DNA of 64,000 nt from Cenococcum geophilum (taxonomy: Eukaryota): positions 25,730,001 through 25,794,000 of the forward strand of contig CP158635.1 in the NCBI GenBank assembly GCA_050273025.1, in the 5' to 3' direction. Made by a program: the position numbers and the translations under genes. This document shows, piece by piece, positions 1 through 13,500 of the stretch (position 1 is the first letter of the stretch; the number at the start of each line of letters is the position of its first letter). The notes under the pieces are model-generated. The model saw only the letters and a program-made list of their open reading frames with translations, made no database searches and was not told where the DNA came from.

Positions 1-3000
1 CTACCCTTCTACAAACCATTACGGACCTATTAATTACCTTTATAGACCGTTATAAGACCTTACGGAAACCCCTACCCTTCTACAAACTACTACGGACCTA
101 TTAATCGCCTTTACAGACCACTACAAGACCTCTTCCACCCGCTACGTACTATACTACACTATACAGTATAGCAGACATTAGTAAGCAAATTAATAAAGGT
201 TAAGAGAAGTAGAGTTAGGGAGTCAACCTTACATCTATAACCAACGTTAATAACTACATTAAATTTAAAATCCTTAAATACGGACACTATAAGCTTTTAA
301 ACAATAATATATGGAAGCAATATAAAGAAGACTTTGTAGACTTTACGGAAGATACTTTTAAGGCTTATAGCATTATACCTATCCGTAACCTACGAACCCT
401 TTTACGTTACTAAGGTATATGGGTTAAAAAGGATAGGCGAGTCACTATTGCACGGTCTCTATATAATACACTACGTAAGGAGGACTAAACGGAATAAACT
501 AAAGAGCAGATCCTAGACCACATCAAAACCAGCGGACTCTTTGCCTCTTTTAAACTTAATAGGATCTCTAGTCTTATTAATAACCCATTTAACTAAGTTT
601 GTCCTATAAACCCAAGCAGCTTCGGAATTAATCTTATAGGCTAAAGCATACCCAGTACTTAAGTTACGGACTGTAATACCCCTACAACCCAAATTATGGA
701 CCGCAATACCCCTATAAACCAAAATACGGACCAAACCCCTTCTATTATTCAAGTCACAGATCCGTAAGCTATATATCCGTAAACTATATATCCGCAAGCC
801 ATATATCCGCAAGTTACAGATCTATAGGCCACCTAAGTAAAGACCTATAGTAAGGAGCTAGTAAACCTAGCTAAGCTCTATACCGATGAATTTAAGTACA
901 GCAGTAAAAACGATAACTTTAACTTTAAACTAACTATCTTTACAGACCTCTACTAGAAGGCTGATATTCCTAAACAGGAATTTAGCCAAGCCTACTCTAC
1001 TATACTACGCGGCCTAGTACTTAACCACTACTACACCAACCTTAAGAGTAACCCCCTTAGTGTTCCCTTTAATAAGCTATACGAAGCTACCCGTAACTAC
1101 TTTAAAGGACTGGAATATAAGCGTAATATCCTTATCTAATAGAATGCAACTAAGCTACGGACTGTAATTAACAAGAATACTAAAAAATCGACTATAGAGT
1201 GCCTGTAAATTCTTATTAAAGACCTCCGGCACCTATAGCACGGCTTTAACGCTAAGCTTTAAACAGACGACTTCCTGTATAATAATCTTATTACGGCCTA
1301 CTAGGAAGTAGAGCCTTATAAGTACGCCTACTACAAACCTATAGATACCTTAGCTGGCCTTATTAATAATCTACGCTCCTCTATTATAACGTACAAAGTC
1401 TTAAACCCACTAGGTAGTACTTAAGGCTTTATTACAAATATTTAATATCCGTAAATAGACTTAGACGTCTACTTTACGGACCGCCGCTACCGCTAGCAGC
1501 ACCCGTACCGACCAAGTCCTACCCGTAACCCCTATAGCAACCCCTATATAAAAATATACCCCTATAGATAAACTAGCCTAAAGTGCTTTATATGCGGTAA
1601 GGAAGGATATTAGTCTATAAGGCATACCTAGGAAGAACGTAATAAGTCTAGGAAGAGACTTAATAGCCGTATTAACCAGTTTATTTTAGAATACAAAGGA
1701 GAGGAAGTAGAAGAGCCCCCTAATAAGTTAATAGAAGCCCTTATAATTAACTTTAACTTAGACACTTAGAAATAAGAGACCTTAGAGACATTTTTAACCA
1801 CTTTTAGACCTTTTACGGATAGCTAAGCCTTTAATATTATGACCGTATTAGCCGACCGTTCCTTTATACACTTAGTTACGCCTAAAAACTATTCCGTAAG
1901 TACTCCCGTTACGGACGTTATAAATTATAAGTAGGACCTATTTGCATATATTACTACAAAGCGCTATACCCCTAAGGAATTCTATGGTGTTATAATCGAT
2001 ACAGGTGCCTCTAAGAAGTCTACCGTAGGCTATAGACAATACCTTGCATATAGGACTACTATAAATGACAATACGGACATTAATATTACGTAAACTGGGG
2101 CCGTAAACGTCTAATTCGGCATCGGCTTAACCGCATTAATTAGATTAGTTAAAATTAAGACTCTAATTAGCCTAGTTAACTTCTACGTAGTAAAAGTAAA
2201 TACCCCCTTCCTACTCTATCTTATAGATATGGATAGGTTATAGGTATACTATAATAATGTTACGGACACCCTAATTAGCCCCGTAACTACCCTAAGAAGT
2301 AAGTATATTACCTTACCAATTATACAATAATTCGGACACCCGTTCCTTATATAGGGAGAGACTTTATAGACCTACATTTAGGAATCTTTTGACTATAACC
2401 CGTGCTACCTTACTAGTACGGAAATCCACTACCTATACCGCCGTTTCGGCTATCCGTTAGCCAAAAAGCTGTATAGAGTCCTTAAACGCTCTAGACATAA
2501 CGACGTTAACAGGAAGGCAGTTAACCACCTAACTAAATACTACTCCTTCTGCTAGAAATACGGACGTTCCCTAGGCTAATTTAAGTTTACTCTTTATAAA
2601 GACCTTAATTTCAACCACTTAGTATACGTAGATATTATGTACATTAACGGCAGCCCAGTATTACATATAATTGACGAGGTAACCCACTATTAAGCCGCCC
2701 GTTAGCTGCAAAATATATCCGCAAAATATACTTAGGATATTTTACGGACCTGCTAGATTGACATATACGTTGGACCCCCTAAGTATATTACCTACAACAC
2801 TAGTAAGAACTTTATTAGTAAGGAATTTTAGCAATATACTATAGCCATAGCTATATTAATAAAAGCTGTCCTAGTTAAGGTATATTAGTCCGTTAGGCTT
2901 ATTAAGTAAGCTTACCTAGCCTTATAGAGAGCTTACTAGATCATTACGGACGAATATAAGGACATCTAAAAGGAACTAGCTCTATAGATAGCCGTAAAAG

Positions 3001-5831
3001 CCGTTAATGACACCGCTAGCCCTAACGGACTAGTACCTACCCTCTTGGTTTACGGAGCCTACCCAAAGATAAGTAACCTAGGCCCTCCTACCCCGTCTAT
3101 TACGAAACGAGTAGCTGTAATATAGAAGGTAATGGCTGAGATAGTTAAGCTATAGGCTAAACAAACTGTTAATAACGCCCTATACTACCGCAACGGACCT
3201 AATATAACCTTAGTATACAACCTCCTGCTTAACTCTAAAGTCCTTATATAGCGTAAAAGCGGCAGCTGGAATGGACCCTATTATCTACTAGCCGTAGAAA
3301 ATAAGATGTACTGTATATAGCTTCCTAGCGGGCCAACTAGCTTTAGAAGCACGTCCGTAAAACCCTACTTTTGGCCTAAAACCACCTATAACGTTAACCT
3401 AGACGAACTAGAAGCAACTGCCGAACCAGACGAACTAGAAGTGACTGCCGAATCAGATAAACTGGAAGCACCCTTACCTACCCTAGAAGCCCCCAGAAAC
3501 CTACTAAACCTACTAAACCTACCGTAAAGCGTAGTTAAGGACGCCTCCAAAAGCACTCCGTAACTAAAAACCCTATAATAAAGAATTACCTAACCTCCGT
3601 AGGAATATTTATAAGGCAACCTCTACCTATAGATATATTAGTTTTAGTATAGGAAACCCTATTTACGGACTTATAATATAAAGAGATTAACGGACTACTT
3701 AAAAAGGGTATCTTTGCGGTTATAATAGAGAGAGACGTTCCGCAAGGCGTCCGTATATTTAACTTATGCTTTATCAACGAAATTAAGCACCCTAGTATTA
3801 ACAAAGCTTTTAAAAAATCAAGGCTTGTTGTATAAGTCTATAACGACTAAGGAAAGGACTTAGTCCTTACGCAATCGCCTATAATTTAACGAGTTAGTTA
3901 ACGGATTATACTTATACTTACGCCCGGACTATAGTAAAGCAAACCCGTAGCTCTTTACCTACGGGATATCTCGCAAGCCTATATGCAGTCTAATACTTAC
4001 CTAAGTAGGGACATCTTTATACGGCTACCCCCCGAGCTTAACCTATAACTAGAAACAATACTATGGGTTATAAAACCTCTATATGGAGTACCGGAAGCTG
4101 GAAACTATTAGTTTAAGATATACTACCAGCACTACGTTAGTAAACTTAAAATAAAATAGTTAACCTATAACCCCTGCCTCCTATACAGCCCATTAAACGG
4201 CCTTAGTATTATTAGACTTTAAATAGATAATACCCTATTCCTAGTAGACCAGACCTTTACGGACGCTAAAGAAACTAAACTATAAAAGGCTAAGTTCTTA
4301 GTAAAGCCATAAGAGTAGTTAACTAAGTAGAATCTAATTAAGTTTAATAGAGGCCTAATTATATAAAAGGGCAACCTAATTAAGCTAACTTAGGAACGCC
4401 AGGCTTAAAACCTAAAGCCTATTACAGCAAAGCCTATAGACCTTACTAGCTCCCGCGGAGAGACCCGTAAGACCGTAAATATAAAGGACTAATACGTTGC
4501 ATAGCGTGTAAGAGGCGCCTATATTACCATAGTTTGCCAACCCAAATCTGCCTATGATTTGTCCTTTACGGCCCAGGCAGTAAATCCGTAAGAAGAAAAT
4601 ATTAAGCAGCTTAATAAGCGCATTTAGTAGCAAATTAACAATATAGTAAGGGGACTTACTTTCGTACCACTAGACCTAAGTTCCTTTAGCTTACTAGTAT
4701 TTATAGACGCCTCCTTTGCTAATAATAAAGACCTATTATTACAAATCGGCTTTATAATTGTACTTACGGACCGTAATTAGGACGCAAATATACTATACTA
4801 GTCTTTAATTAAGTGCAAATAAGTAACCCGCAGTATACTAGCTTCTAAACTATATGCATTAGCTTATAGCTTTAATATAGCAGCCGCAATCAAATCAACG
4901 GTCTAGAAGATTCTACAACTAGAGTAGTTACCCCTAGTTTTATACACTAATTTAAAGTCCCTTTACGACTACCTAGTTAAACTAGGTACAACATAAGAGA
5001 AGAGGCTTATAGTCGACCTAATGTGCTTATATTAGGCCTATAAACGACGTGAAATTACGGAGGTTAAATAGATCAGCGGTGGAAATAACCTAGTAGACGT
5101 TATAACTAAGGCAAAGCCGTGTTAAGCCCTTAAAACCCTAATTAACATGAATAGGCTTAACCTAAAAGTTATAAAATAGGTGGAATAAGACTGATAGAGT
5201 ATCTACGGTACGTCTACGGCCCATTAGAAGGCCGTACGGCTTATACGGCCTATTATCCTGCCACGGTAGTCAAATTAACTAATTACGATTTTCCATCCCC
5301 GGGATGGAAAATCGCCATTGGCTCGCTTAGCACTAGCGCCTTAGCGGCCCTTAAGATCTAACTTACAGCCCGTCGGAAGGCCATACGGTTTATTTTACGG
5401 ACCGTAAGCAGGACTTACGGCTAGCTTAAAGTACCGTTTAGAAGGTAGACTAGACGGCACCTTAGGGAGGATTTCCTATATATTTTCTTACGTCTTTTAT
5501 GGTTCTGTTAAGGCAATTACGGAGGCTATACGCAAGTGGTTTCATTTTCCAAGTACCGCCAGTGTATAATTACAGCACCTGTTATACTAACCGCGTGCTT
5601 ACGCGTTCGATACACCAAGTACGCGTTTACGCATTCGGTGTACCCACTCGCTTACGCGTCTAGTGCACTCCTAAAACACTGGCTAGTTAGGGGGGAGGTG
5701 CGTTAGTATATAGACCACGTAGCCTACCTTAATAGAATCGACAGTCACCACTATCCTAAAGAGCATACGATACTATACGTATTTCGTGCCCCGGGATACA
5801 ACTCACTCGTACTATTAAGTTAGTACGAATA
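1..5831 (+). mobile_element. Ty1/copia LTR retrotransposon, family A (GalEa-like), RIP-degraded, 5' end outside window
   Basis: Degenerate gag-pol: zinc knuckle ~1585-1625, protease 'IIDTGAS' ~1992-2012, integrase HHCC ~2440-2552, RT with G-L-(Q)-(T)-D-(D) ~4214-4231, RNaseH N(P)(A)D(A)(M)TK ~5087-5110. 3' LTR at 5563-5831. Colinear with the full copy at 48484-54833. Confidence 0.93.
5563..5831 (+). repeat. 3' LTR of copia A (269 bp, TG...(C)A)
   Basis: Starts tgtataattacagc and ends tagtacgaata; reverse complement of the LTRs at 48484-48754 and 54563-54833. Confidence 0.92.
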
Positions 5832-6112
5832 GTAATATTAATAAAGCATATATAAAATATTAAATTTATAAAAATTATACATTTATATATGCTTAGTAAT
5901 ATTAATAAAGTGTATATAAAATATAAAAATTATAAAAATTATACTTTTATATATGCTTAGTAATCTTATAGTTAGCACTTAGTAGCTAAATGCTAACACT
6001 TAATTATAAATGCGGCATTTGGCAGCTAAATGCTAGGAAATGCTAGAAATGCTAGAAAATGCTAAAATGGCAGAAAAGTAAAATTAAATGCAGGTAAATT
6101 TTTTCCTAACGT
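5832..6112 (-). mobile_element. Terminus of ACGTCAGG-TIR DNA element (terminal repeat plus subterminal AT-rich repeats)
   Basis: ~5975-6112 is the reverse complement of 47421-~47555; ends ...ttttcctaacgt followed by TA. 5832-5983 recurs at ~18290-18412. Confidence 0.65.
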
Positions 6113-7229
6113 TAAAGGGCCTAGATGGCGATTCCTATTATCTTATAAAGAGTTTATTTTAGTAATTACTTATTACTAAGCCGCGTTTTCTCCTTAAAGA
6201 AGATTTTAACTAATACCGGTATAATAAGCTCTTAAAGTATCTAACTATAAGTAAACTATCTACTTTTCCGAAATACTAGTTTCTATCTTTAGGAGAATTA
6301 GTCCTCTTATTTTTTTTTTTAAAAAAAAACCACTATTTAAAACGTTAGACAGATATATATAGCACTTAGCTATATTCTAGTATAAGTAAAATATAGAGTT
6401 AATAGCTTTTATAAGCTTAGCGCTACTTAATTTATTAATATAGTAAGTATTAACCTAAAAGTATAGGAGACCATTTTTAGTAGCTTACTTTTATAAAATC
6501 GGATCTTTATATAGCTAGCTTTGCTCTTACCTATACCTTTTATTATATCTTTAAAAGTAACCTCCTTATTATCTACTCCTTAAGTATATAAAAGGATGGC
6601 ATATTATAGTATCTTATTATTAACAAACTTAATTAGGCTAAAGTCGCCATTATCTTTAGATTTTAGAAGATGTATTATACTAATAAGTTTATTAGAGAGT
6701 ATTAGAAAATATAAAGATAGGTATATAATAACTTACATTATATAAGCGTAATAATATTAGCTATTAAATATTGGGAAATAGTTTAGGGGGCTAGGGATAA
6801 GCGAAATAATATAAGGTAGTTATAACTAGGCTACTCTAAGTTTTCTTCTCTTAGCGTTTAAGGCTACTAATAGCGTCGCTAGTGCGCTATAGACTTAAAG
6901 GCCTCTATAGTTTACCTATATTAGTAGGGAGAGTAGCTAACCCGCTCTAGCTATAGGGTTATTAAGATAGTAAGAGTATAGCTAAGGTATTAGATAGAGT
7001 TTAAGAGCGATAGTTATTTTAGTAGCGTTAAGCTATATATAGTGTTCTCTAAACCGCCGTTTCCTAATAATTACTTATAAAATACTACCTTTATATAAGT
7101 AGGAGTATATATCTTTTAGGCCTTATATAAAACACTCTAACCTTAATTAATTAAGCAGTTATCTCTTTATGTTAATATTCTAATAGGTTATTAATTATAT
7201 TAATTATCCTACCGGAACCTTGGAGCTCT

Positions 7230-8568
7230 TACTACACCCGGCCTAAAAAGACCAAAACGAACCAAAAAAACTCTAAAAAAAACACCTAGAGAATCCCCTT
7301 AAGATGCATGCATTATAGGGGAGATACACGTTAAACGACGGTGGTTTATACTTGCGCGCGACCGCTAAAACCACGCCTAGTAATAGCCCTCTATAATAAA
7401 AACGGGTAAATACTATACTATAAAGCGGAAAGACCTCTATTAAGAAGGCATCTAATAAAATATAAAGCCTATTAGACGCGTCTAGTATCCGTAATTATAG
7501 GGGAGTAACCGTTAGCTATAACGAACTAATATAGCTAGTAAAATGGCTCCGCTAGTCTAGCAAACCTTAGGCGCCCCTTTAGTAAATCCTTAATTAAATT
7601 CTCTAACGGCTAAGTAAAAATAAAAATAAAAATAAATAAAAACCCCTTTTACCAGTAAACTATACCTAGGCCGCTATAGCTACGCTCCTATAGTATAGAG
7701 AACCTACTCTCCTTAAGACATTAACTAGGTATATAATTATAATATAACTAAATATAGAAAAAGTAGAGGGGCTTAGGGGATAATTAGAAATAGAAGTCCT
7801 TATAAAGATTTATAAAGAGGTTTATAATACTATTATAGTCTAATACCTTAGGAGCGGAAATATTAAAGTTACTCTAAAGGACTAATAGGTAAAGGAATAA
7901 GCTATAAGGTAGGGGATAGGCTAGGAGAATATATTAGTATAAAAGTACTTTGTAAAGATTACTTAGTTAAAGTCCTAGCAGTTCCTATAAGCCTTAGAGT
8001 AAAAAAGGAACGCTAGGTAGATAATATAGTAACTATATAGAAGATAGTAAAATAAACGGAACGCCTTATACTAGGACTTAAGATTACCTAAATCTAATAG
8101 CTTTAATAAATAAAATTGTGGACTAAGTATATAATAAGAACAATAAGAGAATAGAAGGGTTATTAGAGACTTACTAGGGAGACGCTAGATAAATATATAG
8201 CTCCCTTATTGTTAGTATATATACGCTAGGAATATAAAAACTTTTTATCTAAAAAGGAATAATTATAAATGGCCTTATATATAATATAAGGCTCTATAAC
8301 TATAGACTACGCGTAAAATAATACTATTGCTACGTATAATGGAGATACACCCAATCTATATACGCAGTATAGGTGTGCTACGGCTACTATATAGGCCCTT
8401 ATAATATAAAACACTATTTAAACTAAGACTAAATAAAATATATAAACTACTACTAAAGCATATATAAGGCGTAGGAGAGAGAAAACTATATTAAATATAG
8501 GAGACGGAAGGTAAGGGCTTAACAGCTACGGGAATAACTGTACGCTAGGTTATATAAATAGAAATAAT
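7230..8568 (+). pseudogene. LINE (Tad1-like) 5' end and ORF1/gag, RIP-degraded, truncated at 8568
   Basis: Reverted Cys/His knuckles at ~8320-8480: (C)Y(R)(C)V(Q)WG(H)TQS(A)(C), (R)(C)G(H)(C)(A)GP(H). A-rich 5' leader; candidate ATG at 7304. Confidence 0.65.
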
Positions 8569-8612
8569 ACGTTAGGAAAAAATTTACCAGCATTCTTACA
8601 GCATTTGGCAGC
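8569..8612 (+). repeat. Variant terminus of the ACGTCAGG-TIR element
   Basis: acgttaggaaaaaatttaccagcatt matches the first 26 nt of 47421 with one RIP-type change; similar 'gcatt' sequence resumes at 16949 after the retroposon insertion. Confidence 0.6.
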
Positions 8613-9011
8613 GAGAACCTTCACCACATATACAACCTTACCAAAAGGTAGCACCACACCCCAAAACTTACGCATACCCATCTTACCATCAAAAACAATC
8701 GATTTTCTAACTTTTAAGACCTAATTCCTACTGCCTAGCGAGCTAGAGGTGGATTTATTTGTTATTTTACCCCCTTCCTCCCAATAGAAAAATTTCTCTA
8801 AGGGTGGCCCTAGCTTATAAGCGAGGCACGGACAGGAACACTAAAACTACTACTACTATTACTAATACCACTAATACCAAAACTACAAAATAGGGGCTAG
8901 TTTCCCTACTACCTCTTAGCCTAATCTCCCTAGAAATCTTCTAGTAGGATTAGTAAGGAGAAAGGGTATAAGGATAGTACAAACTAGGAAAACCCCCCTA
9001 TAAGAGACATA

Positions 9012-10394
9012 ATGCCAAGGCCCGGTAGGCCTAAAAAGAAACCTCCTATAGAAATAAGTGATAATAAGTCTATATCTACATTTACTTTTTCTGGCCCTTC
9101 TCCTTCTCCTAGCCTATTTGGGACAGGAGAAAAAAGAGGACATCCTTAGTCTTCTACTGAAAAAGAAAACTAAAAACCTGCAAAAAAGACAACCAAACTG
9201 ATAACTTTTACGGCTAGTACACCTAGTATACCTTTCTCTCCCCTTTCTCCAGAACAACACCTATAAAAGGCTTTAGATAGCCTAACCCAGGCCTATAAAG
9301 GGCTAAAAGAAGAAGAAGAAGACAAAAAGGAATAAGTTAAACAGCTAAAGGACTATACACGTAGTGTCCTAGTAGGAGAAAACCCCTTTATAAAAGGAAA
9401 AGAAAAGTCAAAAGATGTCCTAAAAGGACTAGTTAAAAAAGTAAGAGCTCTCTATAAGGAGGTAGCCCCTACTAAAGAAACCTACGTAGAGAGGCTAAAA
9501 AAGGACCTCCCTACTTCGTCCTCTCTACCCTCCTTATCACTACTATTTTCTACTCCTTCTACTTCTACTAGAAGTAAGAAAAAGCAGCTATAAGAAAGAA
9601 AGCTAGTCTTAATTACAGACCAAAAGGACTAACCTTTAGATACTTTCTCTATACGAAACAAAGTTAATTAACTATTTGCATTAAAACTGTAAGTAGAAAA
9701 ACCGGTTTTAGCATCTATAGCTAGAACTAAAGGAAAACAAAATATTCTCCTTATGACTACGGAAGAGTATAATGCAGATTTCCTAGTCAAATATAAGGAA
9801 ATCTGGCATAACTGCTTTACCTTTTAAAGAGAACAAAAACTAGAACTATGGGTTTAAATTATAGCCCATAGAGTTCCTACCCTACCTTTCTTAGGAGAAG
9901 GAGGCTCTAAGCTTCTAAAAGAAGAAATTGAGACTTTTAATCCTATAAGGATATAAGGACTACCTAGATGGATCTTATCTAGTGTAAAAAGACACGATCT
10001 ATAAACCAGATTTGGCTCTATAGTTTTTACTATAGAGAACGAAGAAAAAAGAAAAGAAATTCTTAAGTAAAAAGAGATATCAATTGCAGGTACAGCTACT
10101 AAGGTAGTAAAATACCTTAAAATCTCTCCTACTACGCAGTGTAATAGCTGCCAAAAATTTGGCTATATAGGAGACAGATGCTTTAATAGGGCCTATAGAT
10201 ATTATGCGACTGCATATCTATTTAAAGACCACTACTGTCTTACCTAATTAATAAGCGGTAGGCCTTATAAGCATACTACCCCTCTTTGCATTAATTATAA
10301 AGAAAAACACTTTGCTAATAGTAAAGACTGCGAGAATCTTAGAGTAGCTAAACTAGTATATAATACTAGCGTAGAAGATTCTATAGAAGAATAA
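9012..10394 (+). pseudogene. LINE-type ORF1 (gag-like nucleic-acid-binding protein, ~460 codons) with RIP stops
   Basis: ATG 9012 (MPRPGRPKKK) in frame with TAA 10392-10394; knuckles QCNSCQKFG(H)IGDRC, (C)RY(C)A.AH and CIN(C)KEKHFANSKDC at ~10137-10331. Confidence 0.82.
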
Positions 10395-10513
10395 AATTAA
10401 TAGGAGTTTAGAAGGAGGTAACTCCTACTAGGCTTCTAGGTAAAAAGATAGTAGAGAGTAAAAGGATAGAAATAAATTGCAAAAGGACAGGGATAGGGGT
10501 TAGGATTTCTTAT

Positions 10514-13500
10514 TGTCGGGAATAAGGCAAGTTGCCGTCACGTGATGGCAAGTTGCCATTACGTGTCGCCGCGGCACTAGCGTGGCGAGGAGCCTTAAGT
10601 TCCTCGCCCTCCCTTATTCTAATAATATAAGCTTTATTAACTAACATTACTGTAACCCTACTTAAGTAGTTGTTATTAGTAAGTTACCCTATATAACCAA
10701 CACTAATTAGTGGTTAAATATATAGTCAACTATAGAGCAGCTAGGTTTTTAAACAGAAGAGATAGTCTTATATAGGGGTGCTATATACGCTTATATGGAA
10801 TGGATTCCGGCGATACTGTGCTACCTTAGATTTGTGGAAAACTAGTAATAGAAGTATTACTGAGTACTAGGAGATACTAAGTTGCGTCTATTATATAGAA
10901 CAACTACGTTTACAAAGATTTGGTTAAGTACTTTAGGTTAGAAGTGTTACTAAACCTAGGGTCTTAAGTTAACGTCTAAAACGTGTTAAACGACATCTAA
11001 AACGCGTTGAATAACATCTTAAATTGCCTACCTCTTGATAGTAAACCTACGAGATCCTATAAAACCGAAAATCCTACCTACCTTCGACGTACGATACCCT
11101 GTTAATTCTGTATCTACTATGGCGTTAACCTATCTAAAGAAGTACGAGAAGGATATTAACCCGGAAATATAGAATACTAATATAATTGACTTTGCAAACG
11201 CTAAGCAATAGGACCTAAACGGATTCTTATTATACTGTATGGTATACTATAAAGACAGCAAATACAACGATATTATGCTATAGTACTGTATAAGGGAGGA
11301 CTTTATTAGATGGATAAAGGAAATATAGACTCCTATAAAGAAGGATATTATATAAGACTTCCGTAACTTCTTGCGGGAGTATAGAGTATTTATACCTATA
11401 GATGGGGGTACTATTAAAGACAATATTTAGGAGTAGGTTATTAACGCAAAAGAAGAGCATAAATGGACTCTATAAGAGATTAAGCACTAACTACGCACTA
11501 TAAGGAAGCTTAACTTATAATAGAATCTAAGTAATATACCTCTAAAGACAAATCTACCTCTGCCCTTAACTCCTCTGTATCCAATTTAACCTATAGCTTT
11601 AACATCAGATACTATACCCTAACGAGAGTAGGTACAGGATCCCATTGCTTTGCGATTTAATAACCCTTAGACTCTACCAACTAGACCTACGTCCCTACTA
11701 TAGCCTATAATATAACTCCTACCTCCTCTATCTTAATCTTAAATTGGAGGTAGTTTAAAATTGCTTATAGAGCTTATAAAGCTCTACTTAGATTAGGAGA
11801 AGAAGTTTAGCGGGGAATTATATAATGTTTTTAATTCGAAACTATGTATCTTCTATAACTATTGCTAGAAGGTAGGAATAGAGTCTAATTAATACTATAA
11901 CGCCTATTCCGTTATGCTTAAGGGCTAAGCTAGTACCTTCTATTATAATTATTTGGTAGAAAAAGGATATAATTTCGACCGCATGATATATAAGTTAAGA
12001 TACTATTTTAAAATAGAAGAGAATAAGTAGCAGTATATGTTAGAATGGAGAGAGACTACCTTTTTAAGGATTATTGCTACAAACCTAGGTGTCCCCCGGC
12101 TTAATTATCTTTAAAAGCTCTTTAATTAACTTTAGACGATTTAGCGCGGTTTATCCAAATCATATTAAGAGGATTTTAGTCTATATAATTAAGTTATTAG
12201 CGTATGCTAAGGTATTAAAGAATATAACCTTACTCTCTTTAATCCTGTAAATACTTATAAAGGAGTATATGCTTAATTAAGATCTTTTATTAGCACCGCT
12301 CTATACTCTTAAGAAGTATAGCAATTTAACGCCTAACTCTAACCTACTTTAATTAACCCGCCTAACTAATATAATTATAACTGGACTAATCGAATATATA
12401 GTGGCTATAGTAGGCAATATAGTAGAGGGTATAATTAACGACTATAAGGTAAAGGTGGAGGTCCTTATGGAGGTTTATTTCGAAGTAATCGCTAAAAGAA
12501 GTGCTACGTTTGTGAAAAACTAAATTACTAGTTAACTAGGCATTCTCTTAATAAACAAAAGAAGGTATATAATAAGTTTCGCTAAAGTATAAGAAACGTT
12601 AGAAATTATAAGGCTATTATGGCCTACTTTTAAAGCTTCCTGGTTCAATATAAAGGTGTAAAAGATCTTAAGGGTGAGGTTAATGAGGCTAAATAGCTCC
12701 TTATAGATATGGAAATTAAGGACTACTTACCCGACTAATACTTTACTGAGTATAGTAAGGTAGATAGTATATAAATCGTCGCTGTTCTTAATAACTAATC
12801 TATACTCTATTCTATTACGAAGTTAGATATCTTTAACAAACTAAAGGAGAGCTTTGTGTTCTCCTTTAACGATAGATACTCGGTAAATGTCTTCTATAGT
12901 ATTATGCTAGATACTAGAGCCGTAGAAGTGTCTATAGTAGGAGAACCTTAAGTTTAAGCTCTTTAGCAGCTTAATAGCTCTATTTAGATTAACTATTTAA
13001 CGGTAGGCTAATACACAATTTGTTTTAGTAAGGGTACTACAATCTCTTTTAGCATAATTAGGGTCTAAACCCCCTTGGGGTGTATTACTTTCTATATTAT
13101 TCCTATAAATACCCTATTTCTATTTTGCATTAGAGATATAAATAAATTAGGCGTTAAGCTTAATAACCTTAAGAATATACTCGTTTAGGGAGATAATTGG
13201 ATGCCTGTTATATGCAAGTAGGGTTATCCCTAGTTGCTCCTTTATTAACTAGAAAAGAGTATTACTTAAAGCCACTTAACTAAGTTAGAGTTACGTTAAC
13301 TACACCGTTGCTTTAGCTACCTATTTATTTACTAACTACTTAGGGTCCTTTAGCAAGTAGGCTATAAAGTTAAGGTTAAGGCGATTAAGCATCTTATAAA
13401 GTACTGCTATTACTATTAAATAAACTAGAAGTCCCTTGGCCGATTTAAGTTTAGCCTTAAAGATAACTATAACTTTAACTTCTATATTATTGTTAACGTT

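Noticed and set aside
513..812. 99-aa minus-strand ORF (also 3586, 4412, 11278, 30602, 58684, 61737)
   Set aside because: These are antisense to degraded genes and are chance stop-free stretches.
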